DNA from: a virus
Taxonomy: Duplodnaviria; Caudoviricetes
Length of the DNA stretch: 57,524 nucleotides
Virus record (IMG/VR): IMGVR_UViG_3300020382_000273
Coordinates: 1-57,524 of that record
Strand: one strand, 5' to 3'
A program made the translations under genes and the position numbers. Below the pieces are notes generated by a model. The model was not told the origin of the DNA, searched no databases, and saw nothing but the letters and a program-made list of their open reading frames with translations. Of the stretch, positions 1-9,185 are shown piece by piece. The stretch's first letter is position 1. Each line of letters opens with the position of its first letter.

Positions 1-35
1 ACTTTAAATGTATGGAATAAACAAAGAGAAATATA

Positions 36-266
36 ATGGAAAATATAGCAACTATAGAAGTAGGGGATGTAAGTTTAATAGTGGAATACAATTATGAACA
101 AGGTGAAGAGATGGAGTTTGATTATCCTGGTTCACCTTCTGAAGTAACTATGGGAGGAATATATCTTATAGATAGTAAAATAAATATATATGAATTATTA
201 GAAAGATCTAGCTATAAATTTATTACAGAAATAGAAGATTTAATAATAGAAAATCACGAAGAATGA
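36..266 (+). CDS. Hypothetical acidic early protein
   Basis: 76-aa ORF; ATGA overlap with the next gene. Confidence 0.7.
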   Translation: MENIATIEVGDVSLIVEYNYEQGEEMEFDYPGSPSEVTMGGIYLIDSKINIYELLERSSYKFITEIEDLIIENHEE

Positions 267-592
267 AAGTAATAATATCACAAAGAGTAGTGTACCACAG
301 GTATTCAGAAGTAGAAATAGAAATAGACGAAGATGATTTTGAAGACTTTGAATTACAAAATACTTTTAATCAAGATGAATATTTTTGTGAAGCTTCTGAT
401 GGGACAAAAGGTCTTGATGACTACCTAATGGAAAACGCACACCTATATGACGAACAGTTAAACGAAGCACACGACAAAGCAGAATATAAGACAGGAACAG
501 GTCTGTATGATATTAAAGGAATGGATGATGCAGAATCAGATTGGGAAATACGATACGATTGTGTAGAATTGAAAACAGGTGGACATTTATAA
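263..592 (+). CDS. Hypothetical acidic early protein
   Basis: 109-aa D/E-rich ORF, translationally coupled to the upstream gene. Confidence 0.7.
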   Translation: MKVIISQRVVYHRYSEVEIEIDEDDFEDFELQNTFNQDEYFCEASDGTKGLDDYLMENAHLYDEQLNEAHDKAEYKTGTGLYDIKGMDDAESDWEIRYDCVELKTGGHL

Positions 593-593
593 T

Positions 594-737
594 ATGAAAG
601 AAAAAAAACCAAGACAATATCGCTCTAGACAAGGACGATCAGACAGAAAATATGCAGATAGTTTAATCGTGTTAACGATTGCATCTGTAGGCTTACTTAT
701 AACAATAATAATAATAATATTATGGCAGAATTTATGA
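594..737 (+). CDS. Small membrane protein (47 aa, not in ORF track)
   Basis: Manual translation MKEKKPRQYRSRQGRSDRKYADSLIVLTIASVGLLITIIIIILWQNL: basic N-terminus plus one TM helix; fills the gap between neighbouring genes. Confidence 0.7.
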   Translation: MKEKKPRQYRSRQGRSDRKYADSLIVLTIASVGLLITIIIIILWQNL

Positions 738-1054
738 AAGGCAATAAAATAATAGCAGAATTTATGGAGTTAGAAACGGAAATATTTAGCGACAATAATA
801 CAACTCGAGGCGAATACAGTAAACAGGAACTTAACTATTATTACCACGGAACTTTAGATAGAATAATTGACCAGGGTTGGTTTGAAGCACACGAGTTATC
901 TTACAACTTGTCTTGGGATTGGCTGATGCCTGTGGTTAGCAAGTGTGCTATACTAAACAACGAAGAAGGCTTTGAGCCTTTTAAAGATATATGTGAGCTG
1001 AATATAGATGACACATATAAAGCAGTAGTAGAATTTATAATTGCTACGAGATGA
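722..1054 (+). CDS. Hypothetical phage protein (SWDWLMPVV motif)
   Basis: 110-aa ORF; ATGA overlap with the next gene. Confidence 0.7.
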   Translation: MAEFMKGNKIIAEFMELETEIFSDNNTTRGEYSKQELNYYYHGTLDRIIDQGWFEAHELSYNLSWDWLMPVVSKCAILNNEEGFEPFKDICELNIDDTYKAVVEFIIATR

Positions 1055-1290
1055 AAGTAAAAATAGAATATTGGCAACCTAAAAATGAATCAGTAGTTAC
1101 TAAAGAGGGATTTAGATATCGTGATACTAAATCAGTTGTTAATAAAAATCTTATTTGGGAAGATTCAAAATTAGAAATCTTCAGAAAGTTTGATAAAGAG
1201 AACAATAGATTAACATATTGTAATGGTAGTTATTATAAGTTTGAAGACAAAGAATTATACAAGGAATATATTAATTGGAACAAGGAATAA
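1051..1290 (+). CDS. Hypothetical protein
   Basis: 79-aa ORF within the operon. Confidence 0.65.
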   Translation: MKVKIEYWQPKNESVVTKEGFRYRDTKSVVNKNLIWEDSKLEIFRKFDKENNRLTYCNGSYYKFEDKELYKEYINWNKE

Positions 1291-1303
1291 ACACATCAAA
1301 AAA

Positions 1304-1411
1304 ATGAAAACAAAAATCGTATTAGTATTAATAATAATTTTAACAATATTCAATAGCTGTGGTAGTGTAGGATGCACAACAAGAGCTGGGAATTATAACA
1401 CAATAAGATAA
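1304..1411 (+). CDS. Small putative lipoprotein (35 aa)
   Basis: MKTKIVLVLIIILTIFNSCGSVG: signal peptide II-like with FNS-C; start moved from 1223 to the ATG at 1304. Confidence 0.6.
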   Translation: MKTKIVLVLIIILTIFNSCGSVGCTTRAGNYNTIR

Positions 1412-1491
1412 TGGAAGATATAGTAATGTTTACAAGTGGAGCTTTGTTTTTAATAGTATTAACTGTGTGTAATCTATACGATAAAGAATGA
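1411..1491 (+). CDS. Tiny hydrophobic peptide (26 aa)
   Basis: MEDIVMFTSGALFLIVLTVCNLYDKE; TAATG overlap upstream and ATGA overlap downstream. Confidence 0.55.
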   Translation: MEDIVMFTSGALFLIVLTVCNLYDKE

Positions 1492-1862
1492 AAGCAATAA
1501 TTTTAATTAGTATAATCTTACTATGGGGCAAGGAACAAGAAGATGTTTTAGTTACTGCTACGATATATCACGCAACACCAGAACAATGTAATGAAGATTA
1601 CTTAACAACTGCAAGTGGTAAAAAAATAAACGAATTCAATCCCCAGGAACATAGATGGATAGCAGTATCAAGAGATTTAGAACAGCTAGGATTTACCTTT
1701 GGTCAAAAAGTTTTAGTAGAAAATGCGGAAGAAATGAATGGGGTATGGACAGTACAAGATAGGATGAACAAGAGATGGGTTCAAAGAATAGATTTTTTAG
1801 TAAACAAAACCAAGAAAGGTGGAAAATGGAACAATGTAATTATAAATCTAATACAAAATTAG
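1488..1862 (+). CDS. 3D-domain (MltA-B-like) cell-wall protein with N-terminal signal/anchor
   Basis: VTATIY..TASG..WIAVSRDL..FG.KV..VQDRM..RIDF pattern typical of 3D domains. Confidence 0.8.
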   Translation: MKAIILISIILLWGKEQEDVLVTATIYHATPEQCNEDYLTTASGKKINEFNPQEHRWIAVSRDLEQLGFTFGQKVLVENAEEMNGVWTVQDRMNKRWVQRIDFLVNKTKKGGKWNNVIINLIQN

Positions 1863-1893
1863 TTGTATATTAATTATATATTACGTAAATTTA
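1863..1893 (+). promoter_or_regulatory. Bacteroidota-type promoter (TTG-N20-TAaaTTTA)
   Basis: TTG at 1863 and a -7 box variant at 1886-1893, upstream of the ATG at 1917. Confidence 0.45.
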
Positions 1894-1916
1894 CACTCAC
1901 AAATAAATTAAATACA

Positions 1917-2072
1917 ATGGGAAAATCAAGTCAAAAGTTTGTTGAAGAAAGAGAGAAAGAAGATCAGTCTACCCCACTAACAATAGTACCTTCAGCTCAT
2001 AGTTGGAAAGATTACTTTACAATGTTAGGTCAACAATATACTTACAATTATAAACCAACAAAAAAAATATAA
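1917..2072 (+). CDS. Hypothetical protein
   Basis: MGKSSQKFVEERE...; ATG at 1917 preferred over the TTG at 1863. Confidence 0.6.
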   Translation: MGKSSQKFVEEREKEDQSTPLTIVPSAHSWKDYFTMLGQQYTYNYKPTKKI

Positions 2073-2396
2073 ATGAAAAAAGGAATCTTTAACGCATACG
2101 TAAAATTAGTTTGCGAAGGAATGAATATTACTAATGAAGAATTGTTTTCTAAAACTAGAAACAGAGAGGTAGCAAATGCACGATTTATATTATACTATTT
2201 ATGTTATGAAAGACCAATGACAGTAAATCAGATTGTATCATTAATGTATGAAGAGGGTTACTATATTAGTTATGAAAGTGTAAGAAGAGGAACACAAGTT
2301 ATATCACAGAAATTAAACCTTAAAGAAGATGCCTACGATAAAGACTTTGCATCTTTTATAAACGATTGCTTAATTAAAACAGAAGGATGTTGTTAG
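2073..2396 (+). CDS. DnaA C-terminal (domain IV)-like DNA-binding protein
   Basis: EELFSKTRNREVANARFILYYLC resembles the DnaA domain IV 'L.SK.R...IA.ARQIAMYL' segment. Confidence 0.65.
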   Translation: MKKGIFNAYVKLVCEGMNITNEELFSKTRNREVANARFILYYLCYERPMTVNQIVSLMYEEGYYISYESVRRGTQVISQKLNLKEDAYDKDFASFINDCLIKTEGCC

Positions 2397-2794
2397 ATGA
2401 TCATTACAGTCTTTTGTATGAAGTATGGGAAGAAGCAGAGCAAGATAGGTTAGCTATAAAAATGTCTACACCAGATGAAGAAGCAATCTTATACAAGGGA
2501 ATTAAAATAATATATCACAGGTACGGAATAAGAATATACAATACGAAGAAGGGTTCGTTTACTTATCCAGAGATTGAATATGATGATTACTTATATTTTA
2601 TAGACAATGGATTTAGAAAAGGAGTTTACTACATATTAAAGAGAACGTATCAAGATCAGATAACAACGATCAATGCTAAGATACAGAGCGAAGTTAATCA
2701 AAGAAATAACAAAAAACATTATGACTCTTTAAAGTTAAAGAGAGATAATATTATAAATAAATACACACAAATTATAAAACACGTAAAGTTATGA
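2387..2794 (+). CDS. Hypothetical protein
   Basis: 135-aa ORF overlapping both neighbours. Confidence 0.7.
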   Translation: MLLDDHYSLLYEVWEEAEQDRLAIKMSTPDEEAILYKGIKIIYHRYGIRIYNTKKGSFTYPEIEYDDYLYFIDNGFRKGVYYILKRTYQDQITTINAKIQSEVNQRNNKKHYDSLKLKRDNIINKYTQIIKHVKL

Positions 2795-3378
2795 GTCAAA
2801 CTAAATCAACATTTAAAACATTAGCATCTATCAATGTAAAGGATAAGATAGAGAAAAAGGGAAGATTCGATTATCTATCTTGGGCATATGCCTGGGCAAT
2901 AGTAAAGGATAAGTATACTGATGCCAACAGAAAGGTATATGAATCTGAACACACAGGTTTAAATTACTTTACAGATGGCAATACTGCCTATGTAAAAGTT
3001 GGAGTAACATTGGGAGGGATAGAACATATTGATTACTTACCTATAATGAATCATCAAAACAAATCAGTTAAGATAGAATCGTTAACATCTTTTGATGTCA
3101 ATAAATCAATACAAAGATCAATGGTAAAAGCTATTGCTATGCACGGATTAGGTTTGTCATTGTGGGCAGGAGAAGACTTAGTAGATATATCAGAAGCTAG
3201 ACCACCAGTAAAGAAAGCTAGTAAGCCTACGTTAAAGAAGACTCACAAAGATTGGAACAATTGTGTTAGTTATGTTAAGGATAATAAAAACATTGGATTC
3301 TCTCAACTGATTCAGAACTTAGAAAGTAGGTATCTGATACCAACAGCAATCAAAAAAGAATTAGGACAATATGTTTAA
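2791..3378 (+). CDS. Sak-like ssDNA annealing protein (DUF1071-type)
   Basis: KKGRFDYLSWAYAW ... NKSIQRSMVKAIAMHGLGL motifs; lies next to an exonuclease and SSB. Confidence 0.8.
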   Translation: MSQTKSTFKTLASINVKDKIEKKGRFDYLSWAYAWAIVKDKYTDANRKVYESEHTGLNYFTDGNTAYVKVGVTLGGIEHIDYLPIMNHQNKSVKIESLTSFDVNKSIQRSMVKAIAMHGLGLSLWAGEDLVDISEARPPVKKASKPTLKKTHKDWNNCVSYVKDNKNIGFSQLIQNLESRYLIPTAIKKELGQYV

Positions 3379-4111
3379 CGAAGAAAAATTAAAAATTATA
3401 GAAAGATTAAAATCTGATAAGGATTATTATGGAGACTTTGGAAAGAAATATTTATCTAACTCAGATATATGGACTCTACTAAAACAGCCAGAAGAATTTC
3501 GTAAAGGAGACAAGGAGGAGACTGGTCCAATGGTGCAAGGTAGATACTTTCACGTATCTGTATTAGAGCCAGAGAAGAAACATCTATTCGAGATTGTTGA
3601 TTCATCTACAAGGAATACAAAACACTACAAAGAAGTATCTGATGGTAGGTTATTGTTGTTGAGAAAAGAAGCTGATCATTTAGATTGGTTAATAAACAAA
3701 ATGAAATCAAACTTTAGGTTTCATTCAGACATATTTAATCCGTTAAATATATATGAAGAGCCTGGAACGATTGAATTGTTTGGTCATCAATGGAAAGGTA
3801 AGGCGGATATTATAACTCCAGATGTTCTCATTGATATAAAAACCACAAGTAATATTGAAAAATTTAAGTGGAGTTCTCGTGATTATAATTATGATAGTCA
3901 AGCTTATATTTACGGACAGATTTTTAATAAGCCAGTAATTTTTTATGTAATAGATAAAACATCTGGAAGACTAGGTATATTTAAACCATCGGAAAACTTT
4001 ATACTAGGGGGTAGAGACAAAGTAATTAAGGCGGTAGAAATTTACGAGAAATTTTTCACACCAAATTCAGAGAATGAAATATCACAGTATATAACAGAGG
4101 TAGAATTATAA
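3371..4111 (+). CDS. PD-(D/E)XK exonuclease, RecE/ExoVIII-like
   Basis: LSNSDI, GRYFH..LEP, KGKADII..DIKTTS, YDSQAYIY motifs. Confidence 0.85.
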   Translation: MFNEEKLKIIERLKSDKDYYGDFGKKYLSNSDIWTLLKQPEEFRKGDKEETGPMVQGRYFHVSVLEPEKKHLFEIVDSSTRNTKHYKEVSDGRLLLLRKEADHLDWLINKMKSNFRFHSDIFNPLNIYEEPGTIELFGHQWKGKADIITPDVLIDIKTTSNIEKFKWSSRDYNYDSQAYIYGQIFNKPVIFYVIDKTSGRLGIFKPSENFILGGRDKVIKAVEIYEKFFTPNSENEISQYITEVEL

Positions 4112-4165
4112 TCAAGGAGTATTGTGCTTCTCCTTCTAAGCACTTTAATTTTAATAAATTTAATA

Positions 4166-4420
4166 ATGAGCGAATCAACTTACGAGATTAAACCAGGGAC
4201 ATTTTCTTTGTTCAAAAACGACAACAGAACTGAGGAGAACAAACAACCACATTACAATGGTAATGGAAAAGATTTAAGTGGAAACGACTTTCAAGTATCA
4301 GCTTGGTTAACAGAGAGTAAGGCTGGTAAAAAGTATTTCTCTTGTAAAATTCAAGAGCCATACAAAAAAGAACAGTCAGTAAAATCAGATGAAGATTCAT
4401 CTCCAGATCTTCCGTTTTAA
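4166..4420 (+). CDS. Single-stranded DNA-binding protein (small phage type)
   Basis: LFKND..QPHYNG..VSAW..GKKYFS core and acidic DLPF C-terminal tail; ATG at 4166. Confidence 0.7.
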   Translation: MSESTYEIKPGTFSLFKNDNRTEENKQPHYNGNGKDLSGNDFQVSAWLTESKAGKKYFSCKIQEPYKKEQSVKSDEDSSPDLPF

Positions 4421-4437
4421 TCTAACAAACAAAGTCG

Positions 4438-4464
4438 AGGGAAGTTTATCTTCCCTTTTCTTTT
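4438..4464 (+). terminator. Rho-independent terminator
   Basis: AGGGAAG-tttat-CTTCCCT followed by TTTCTTTT. Confidence 0.6.
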
Positions 4465-4472
4465 CTATAATC

Positions 4473-4580
4473 TATGTTGAAAATGTTAACTTTTTCCCTT
4501 AGATATGGTAAAAGAAAAAATAAATTATAACTATATTGTATATAGAGTATTAAACAACATAAACACAACATTGTAACATA
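4473..4580. repeat. ATGTT/AACAT iteron element A, upstream of the primase-helicase
   Basis: Two ATGTT copies, an AT-rich spacer, then three AACAT copies; inverted homologue of 55871-55985. Confidence 0.7.
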
Positions 4581-7007
4581 ATGGAAGAAAGTAGAATTAC
4601 AATATTTAGAAACATAAAAGATACCTCTACACCTTTTTATAGAGACATCCCATCGATATTAGTTAGGATCAAAGATGGTACATCAAAGGAGTTAATTAAG
4701 CAGATTAGATTAGAAAAAGATAAGAGTGTTAGGCAAGAATTAAAAAAGAATTTACCAGCGATTTGTTTTTCTGGAACATTTAAAAAGAGAGCAGATGATT
4801 CCATTATAGAACATAGTGGATTTCTTTGTTTGGATTTTGATGGGTACAACACTAAGAAAGATATGATATCTGAGAAAGAAAGATTGTCTAAAGATAGATA
4901 TGTATATTCAGTATTTGTTTCGCCAAGTGGAAATGGTTTAAAAGCTTTGATTAAGATACCTAAAGAACCTGAGAATCATAAGTCTTATTTTATTTCTTTA
5001 GAAAGATATTTTAATTCAGACTATTTAGATAAGACCTCAAAGAATATATCAAGGGTATGTTATGAATCATATGATCCTTTGTTATACTTAAACTATAACT
5101 CTAAGACCTGGAATAAGATAGAAGAACAGGAGTATACACCTGTTGATAAGTATACATCAAGACCAACGATACCAGTTACTGATGAGAATAAAATTGTAGA
5201 AATATTATTAAAGTGGTGGGATAAGAGATACGGATTAAAAAGTGGAGAGCGAAACAATAATGTATATGTTCTCGCCGCCGCCTTCAATGACTATGGGATT
5301 ACTAAGTCATTAGCTGAGTATATAATGTCCTCGTTTGAAAGCAAAGACTTTACTGCATCAGAGATAAAGAATACAATTAGTTCTGCATACTTACAGACTC
5401 AAAACTTTGGTTCAAAATACTATGAGGATGAGGATAAAGTAAACCAAGTTAGAATGAAATTAAAACGTGGTGTATCAAAAAAAGAAATACGCATTCAGCT
5501 TTCTGAATCTAATATTGAGGATGCGGTAATTGATTCTGTAATACACACAATTCAAGAGAAAGAAAGCGACAAGAGATTTTGGACTAAGAGTGATAAAGGA
5601 GTTATAAATATAATACACTATTTGTTTAGACAATTTTTAGAAGACAATGGATTCTATAAGTTTTCTCCAGAAGGTAGTAAGAGTTTTATATTTGTAAGAG
5701 TAACTAACAACTTAATAGATCATACTAACGAAGAAGAGATTAAAGATTTTGTACTTGGTTACTTAGAAGAGCTTGATGATATGTCAGTATATAATTATTT
5801 TGCAGACAAGACAAGATTCTTTAGAGAAGAATTCCTTTCAATGTTAGTTACTGTTGATGTATATTTTATTGAAGATGACAAAAACTCTGCATACTTATAT
5901 TATAGAAACTGTGCAGTAAAAGTTACTAAAGATAACAAAGAAGCAATAGACTATTTAGACCTTGGAGGTTATGTCTGGAAGGATCAAGTCATAGACAGAG
6001 ACTTTGATTTATGCGATTCATTCGATTGTGATTTCAGAACTTTCATACATAACATATCTGGAGAAGATAAGGTTACTGTTCGTTCAATGGAAAGTACAAT
6101 AGGTTATATGTTACACGCATATAAAAATTTATCTTACTGTCCAGCTATCATATTGAATGATGAAGTTATATCTGAGAATCCTGAAGGTGGAACAGGTAAA
6201 GGACTTTTTATCAATGCTATATCTCAGATGAAGAAGTTAGTAATGATTGATGGTAAAGCTTTTAACTTTGAGAAATCATTTGCATATCAATTAGTTTCAG
6301 CTGACACTCAAGTGTTATGCTTTGATGACGTAAAGAAAAACTTTGATTTTGAAAGATTGTTCTCTGTAGTAACAGAAGGTCTTACCTTAGAGAAGAAGAA
6401 TAAAGATTCAATATTCATTCCATTTCATAAGTCACCCAAGGTTGCAATCACTACCAATTATGCTATTAAAGGTAAGGGTAATTCATTTGCAAGAAGAAAG
6501 TGGGAGTTAGAGTTTAAACAATTCTACACTAAAGACTTTACTCCATTGGTAGAGTTTCGTAAATTATTGTTTGCTGAATGGAGTCAAGAAGAATGGTGTA
6601 TATTCGATAACTATATGGTAGAGAACTTAATGTTTTATTTACGAAATGGATTATTAAAATCAGAATTTAAGAATCAAAACATAAGAAAATTATCAGCTGA
6701 AACTTGCCACGAATTTATTGAATGGTGTGGTCTTACTGGAAGTGTATATAAAAATAGCTCTATTAAATTTGACTATCAGATATATAAGAATGATTTGTAT
6801 TTAGAATTTATACAAGACAATCCTGACTTTGCACCTAAAGCAAAACGAACTATATCAAGGATAGAATTTTATAGATGGTTAACAGATTTTGCAATATTCA
6901 AAACAGGAATTGAACCAACACAAGGTAGAGATTTAAATGGCTTATGGATTATAATGAACACGGATAAAACTAAAATAATAAAACCTAAAGATGAATTGGA
7001 TTTCTGA
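4581..7007 (+). CDS. Primase-helicase (VirE-N/BT4734-like N-terminus, PriCT, SF3 P-loop)
   Basis: LPAICFSGTF..HSG..CLDFD..FVSPSGNGLK; GERNN; Walker A EGGTGKG; Walker B FDDV; ITTNY. Confidence 0.88.
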   Translation: MEESRITIFRNIKDTSTPFYRDIPSILVRIKDGTSKELIKQIRLEKDKSVRQELKKNLPAICFSGTFKKRADDSIIEHSGFLCLDFDGYNTKKDMISEKERLSKDRYVYSVFVSPSGNGLKALIKIPKEPENHKSYFISLERYFNSDYLDKTSKNISRVCYESYDPLLYLNYNSKTWNKIEEQEYTPVDKYTSRPTIPVTDENKIVEILLKWWDKRYGLKSGERNNNVYVLAAAFNDYGITKSLAEYIMSSFESKDFTASEIKNTISSAYLQTQNFGSKYYEDEDKVNQVRMKLKRGVSKKEIRIQLSESNIEDAVIDSVIHTIQEKESDKRFWTKSDKGVINIIHYLFRQFLEDNGFYKFSPEGSKSFIFVRVTNNLIDHTNEEEIKDFVLGYLEELDDMSVYNYFADKTRFFREEFLSMLVTVDVYFIEDDKNSAYLYYRNCAVKVTKDNKEAIDYLDLGGYVWKDQVIDRDFDLCDSFDCDFRTFIHNISGEDKVTVRSMESTIGYMLHAYKNLSYCPAIILNDEVISENPEGGTGKGLFINAISQMKKLVMIDGKAFNFEKSFAYQLVSADTQVLCFDDVKKNFDFERLFSVVTEGLTLEKKNKDSIFIPFHKSPKVAITTNYAIKGKGNSFARRKWELEFKQFYTKDFTPLVEFRKLLFAEWSQEEWCIFDNYMVENLMFYLRNGLLKSEFKNQNIRKLSAETCHEFIEWCGLTGSVYKNSSIKFDYQIYKNDLYLEFIQDNPDFAPKAKRTISRIEFYRWLTDFAIFKTGIEPTQGRDLNGLWIIMNTDKTKIIKPKDELDF

Positions 7008-7251
7008 TTTTAAATGGTGTATAGAAAATGATTGGCAAGTATATATTAAACCAATTAATACTTTACAATGTAAGATAGCTATACGTAAAGGTGGTATAAC
7101 TGCTCAAGGTAAAGATATATATTACAATAAAATTACAGGTGAAGAATCATTTAGCAGAGAAGTGTTAGGAGAAATAGTATATGTGTCTCAGAAAAAAGCA
7201 ATGAATAAACTACCTGATGTCTATAAATATTTAAGAGAAACATATGAATGA
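6991..7251 (+). CDS. Hypothetical protein
   Basis: 86-aa ORF with overlapping coupling. Confidence 0.7.
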   Translation: MNWISDFKWCIENDWQVYIKPINTLQCKIAIRKGGITAQGKDIYYNKITGEESFSREVLGEIVYVSQKKAMNKLPDVYKYLRETYE

Positions 7252-7468
7252 TAATAGCTTACATCTAGCAATGCTAAACTCTTATGATATTGTTATTCAT
7301 AAAGTACCATTTAGTCAGTTACAAATTACTGACAAAGAATTCTTTATGCACGATGTAACTAAAAAAATTACAGTTAAAGTAATAGAAGATTTATTATTTT
7401 ACTTTGAAGATTTAGAAGATTATGAAAAGTGTTCTAGATTAATAACTGTAAAACCTAACTACGAATGA
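7244..7468 (+). CDS. Hypothetical protein with UVR-like C-terminal motif
   Basis: LLFYFEDLEDYEKCSRL. Confidence 0.6.
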   Translation: MNDNSLHLAMLNSYDIVIHKVPFSQLQITDKEFFMHDVTKKITVKVIEDLLFYFEDLEDYEKCSRLITVKPNYE

Positions 7469-7887
7469 TAGACCAAACACATACCCAAGAGATAACAATG
7501 ATTGAATATTTAAATGTATTCTATGATTGGGATTTAAAACATTCTGGTGTAGGTATGGAACATTATGATGCAATAGGTATGACACCAGGTAATATTAGAA
7601 AGCATTGTCTAATAGAAATGAAGTTTCGAAAACATCATTATGATACAATGATGTTAGAAAAGAAAAAATATGATTGGTTAATGAGAATGCCTAAGTCTAC
7701 ACTAAAGTTTTATTTAGTACACGATCCATTGGGTACTTATATATTTTGGTTAGACAATTTAAAATTAAACGATATAGTTATTATGAAATGTCCAAGCAAA
7801 ACATTTTGGGATGATCAAGGTATGACAAATAAAGAAGTTTATTTACTTGAGATAAATCAAGCATTCATAAAAATAATAAAGAAATAA
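7465..7887 (+). CDS. Putative PD-(D/E)XK-like nuclease
   Basis: HYDAIG...LIEMKFR motif. Confidence 0.5.
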   Translation: MIDQTHTQEITMIEYLNVFYDWDLKHSGVGMEHYDAIGMTPGNIRKHCLIEMKFRKHHYDTMMLEKKKYDWLMRMPKSTLKFYLVHDPLGTYIFWLDNLKLNDIVIMKCPSKTFWDDQGMTNKEVYLLEINQAFIKIIKK

Positions 7888-9140
7888 TGGAAGTAGACTA
7901 TAGAGATTATCAGAAAAATATAATACAAGAAGGGAAGGTTATTCTTGATAGGGATAAGTTTTTGTATTTAGCAATGCAAGTTAGAACAGGGAAAACACTT
8001 ACTAGTTTAGGAATTGCTTCAGAGTTAAACTGTGAGCAGGTTTTATTTATCACAAAGAAAAAAGCCATATCATCAATTGAAGATGATTATAGTTTATTTT
8101 ATAGACTACTAGGATTTAAGTTAGTGGTAATAAATTATGAGAGTCTACACAAAGTAATACCAACTCCCTGGGATATGATTATCTGTGATGAGGCACACAC
8201 GATGGGTGCATTTCCTAAACCTAGTAAGAGAGCTAAGCAAGTTAAAGATCTTATAAACTCTTGTTCACACTCATCACCGTACGTGATACTGCTCTCAGGC
8301 ACGCCTTCGCCAGAGTCCTATAGCCAACTGTACCATCAAGTGTATGGTATTCCTGGTAATCCTTTCAGAAGTTTTAAAAACTTTTTTAAATTTGCTAAAG
8401 ACTTTGTAGATGTTAAACCATACCCATTTAAAATACAAGGCTACGTAGTGCAAAACTATGGGGAAGGATTAATAAAAATAATAGATGCATTAAAACCATA
8501 TACAATATCTTACACTCAGAAGGAAGCTGGATTTAAAGTTGAGTTAACAGAACACATTGAGTATGTAGAAATGAAACCTATAATATATCAGTTAGTTAAA
8601 AAATTAAAAAAGGATTTAGTAATAGAAGGAAAGGATGAAGTTGTATTAGCAGATATGCCTATAAAATTAATGATGAAGCTTCATCAAATGTATTCTGGAA
8701 CAGTAAAGTTTGAGTCTGGAAATTCAAAGATTCTTGACAAATCAAAAGGAGAATACATATACAATAAATTTAAGAATAAAAAAATAGGAATATTTTATAA
8801 ATTCAAAGAAGAGTTAAATATTTTAAAACAAGTGTACGGAGATAAATTATGTACAGAGTTAACTGAATTTAATAATACAGATAAAACTATAGCCTTACAA
8901 ATAGTTAGTGGTCGTGAAGGGATTTCATTACGAAATGCATCAGCGTTAGTTTATTTAAATATAGACTTTAGTGCTACAAGTTATTGGCAATCAAGAGATC
9001 GTATGACTACAAAAGATACAGTACATAGTGATGTCTATTGGATATTTTCTAAAAACGGAATAGAAGATAAAATATATAAAGCAGTTACAAAGAAAAAAGA
9101 TTATACATTAAGACATTTTAAGAAAGATTTGCAATGCTAG
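7887..9140 (+). CDS. SF2 (SNF2-like) helicase
   Basis: VRTGKT, INYESL, CDEAH, LSGTP, SGREGISL, QSRDR motifs. Confidence 0.9.
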   Translation: MEVDYRDYQKNIIQEGKVILDRDKFLYLAMQVRTGKTLTSLGIASELNCEQVLFITKKKAISSIEDDYSLFYRLLGFKLVVINYESLHKVIPTPWDMIICDEAHTMGAFPKPSKRAKQVKDLINSCSHSSPYVILLSGTPSPESYSQLYHQVYGIPGNPFRSFKNFFKFAKDFVDVKPYPFKIQGYVVQNYGEGLIKIIDALKPYTISYTQKEAGFKVELTEHIEYVEMKPIIYQLVKKLKKDLVIEGKDEVVLADMPIKLMMKLHQMYSGTVKFESGNSKILDKSKGEYIYNKFKNKKIGIFYKFKEELNILKQVYGDKLCTELTEFNNTDKTIALQIVSGREGISLRNASALVYLNIDFSATSYWQSRDRMTTKDTVHSDVYWIFSKNGIEDKIYKAVTKKKDYTLRHFKKDLQC

Positions 9141-9181
9141 AAAAAGATACGACAACGTACCCAAAAAGATACGTATCTTTA
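9141..9181. promoter_or_regulatory. Direct repeat AAAAAGATACG x2, perfect 16-bp palindrome AAAGATACGTATCTTT, and TAtcTTTA -7 box variant
   Basis: Read directly; palindrome at 9165-9180 overlaps the -7 box at 9174-9181. Confidence 0.55.
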
Positions 9182-9185
9182 TCTA

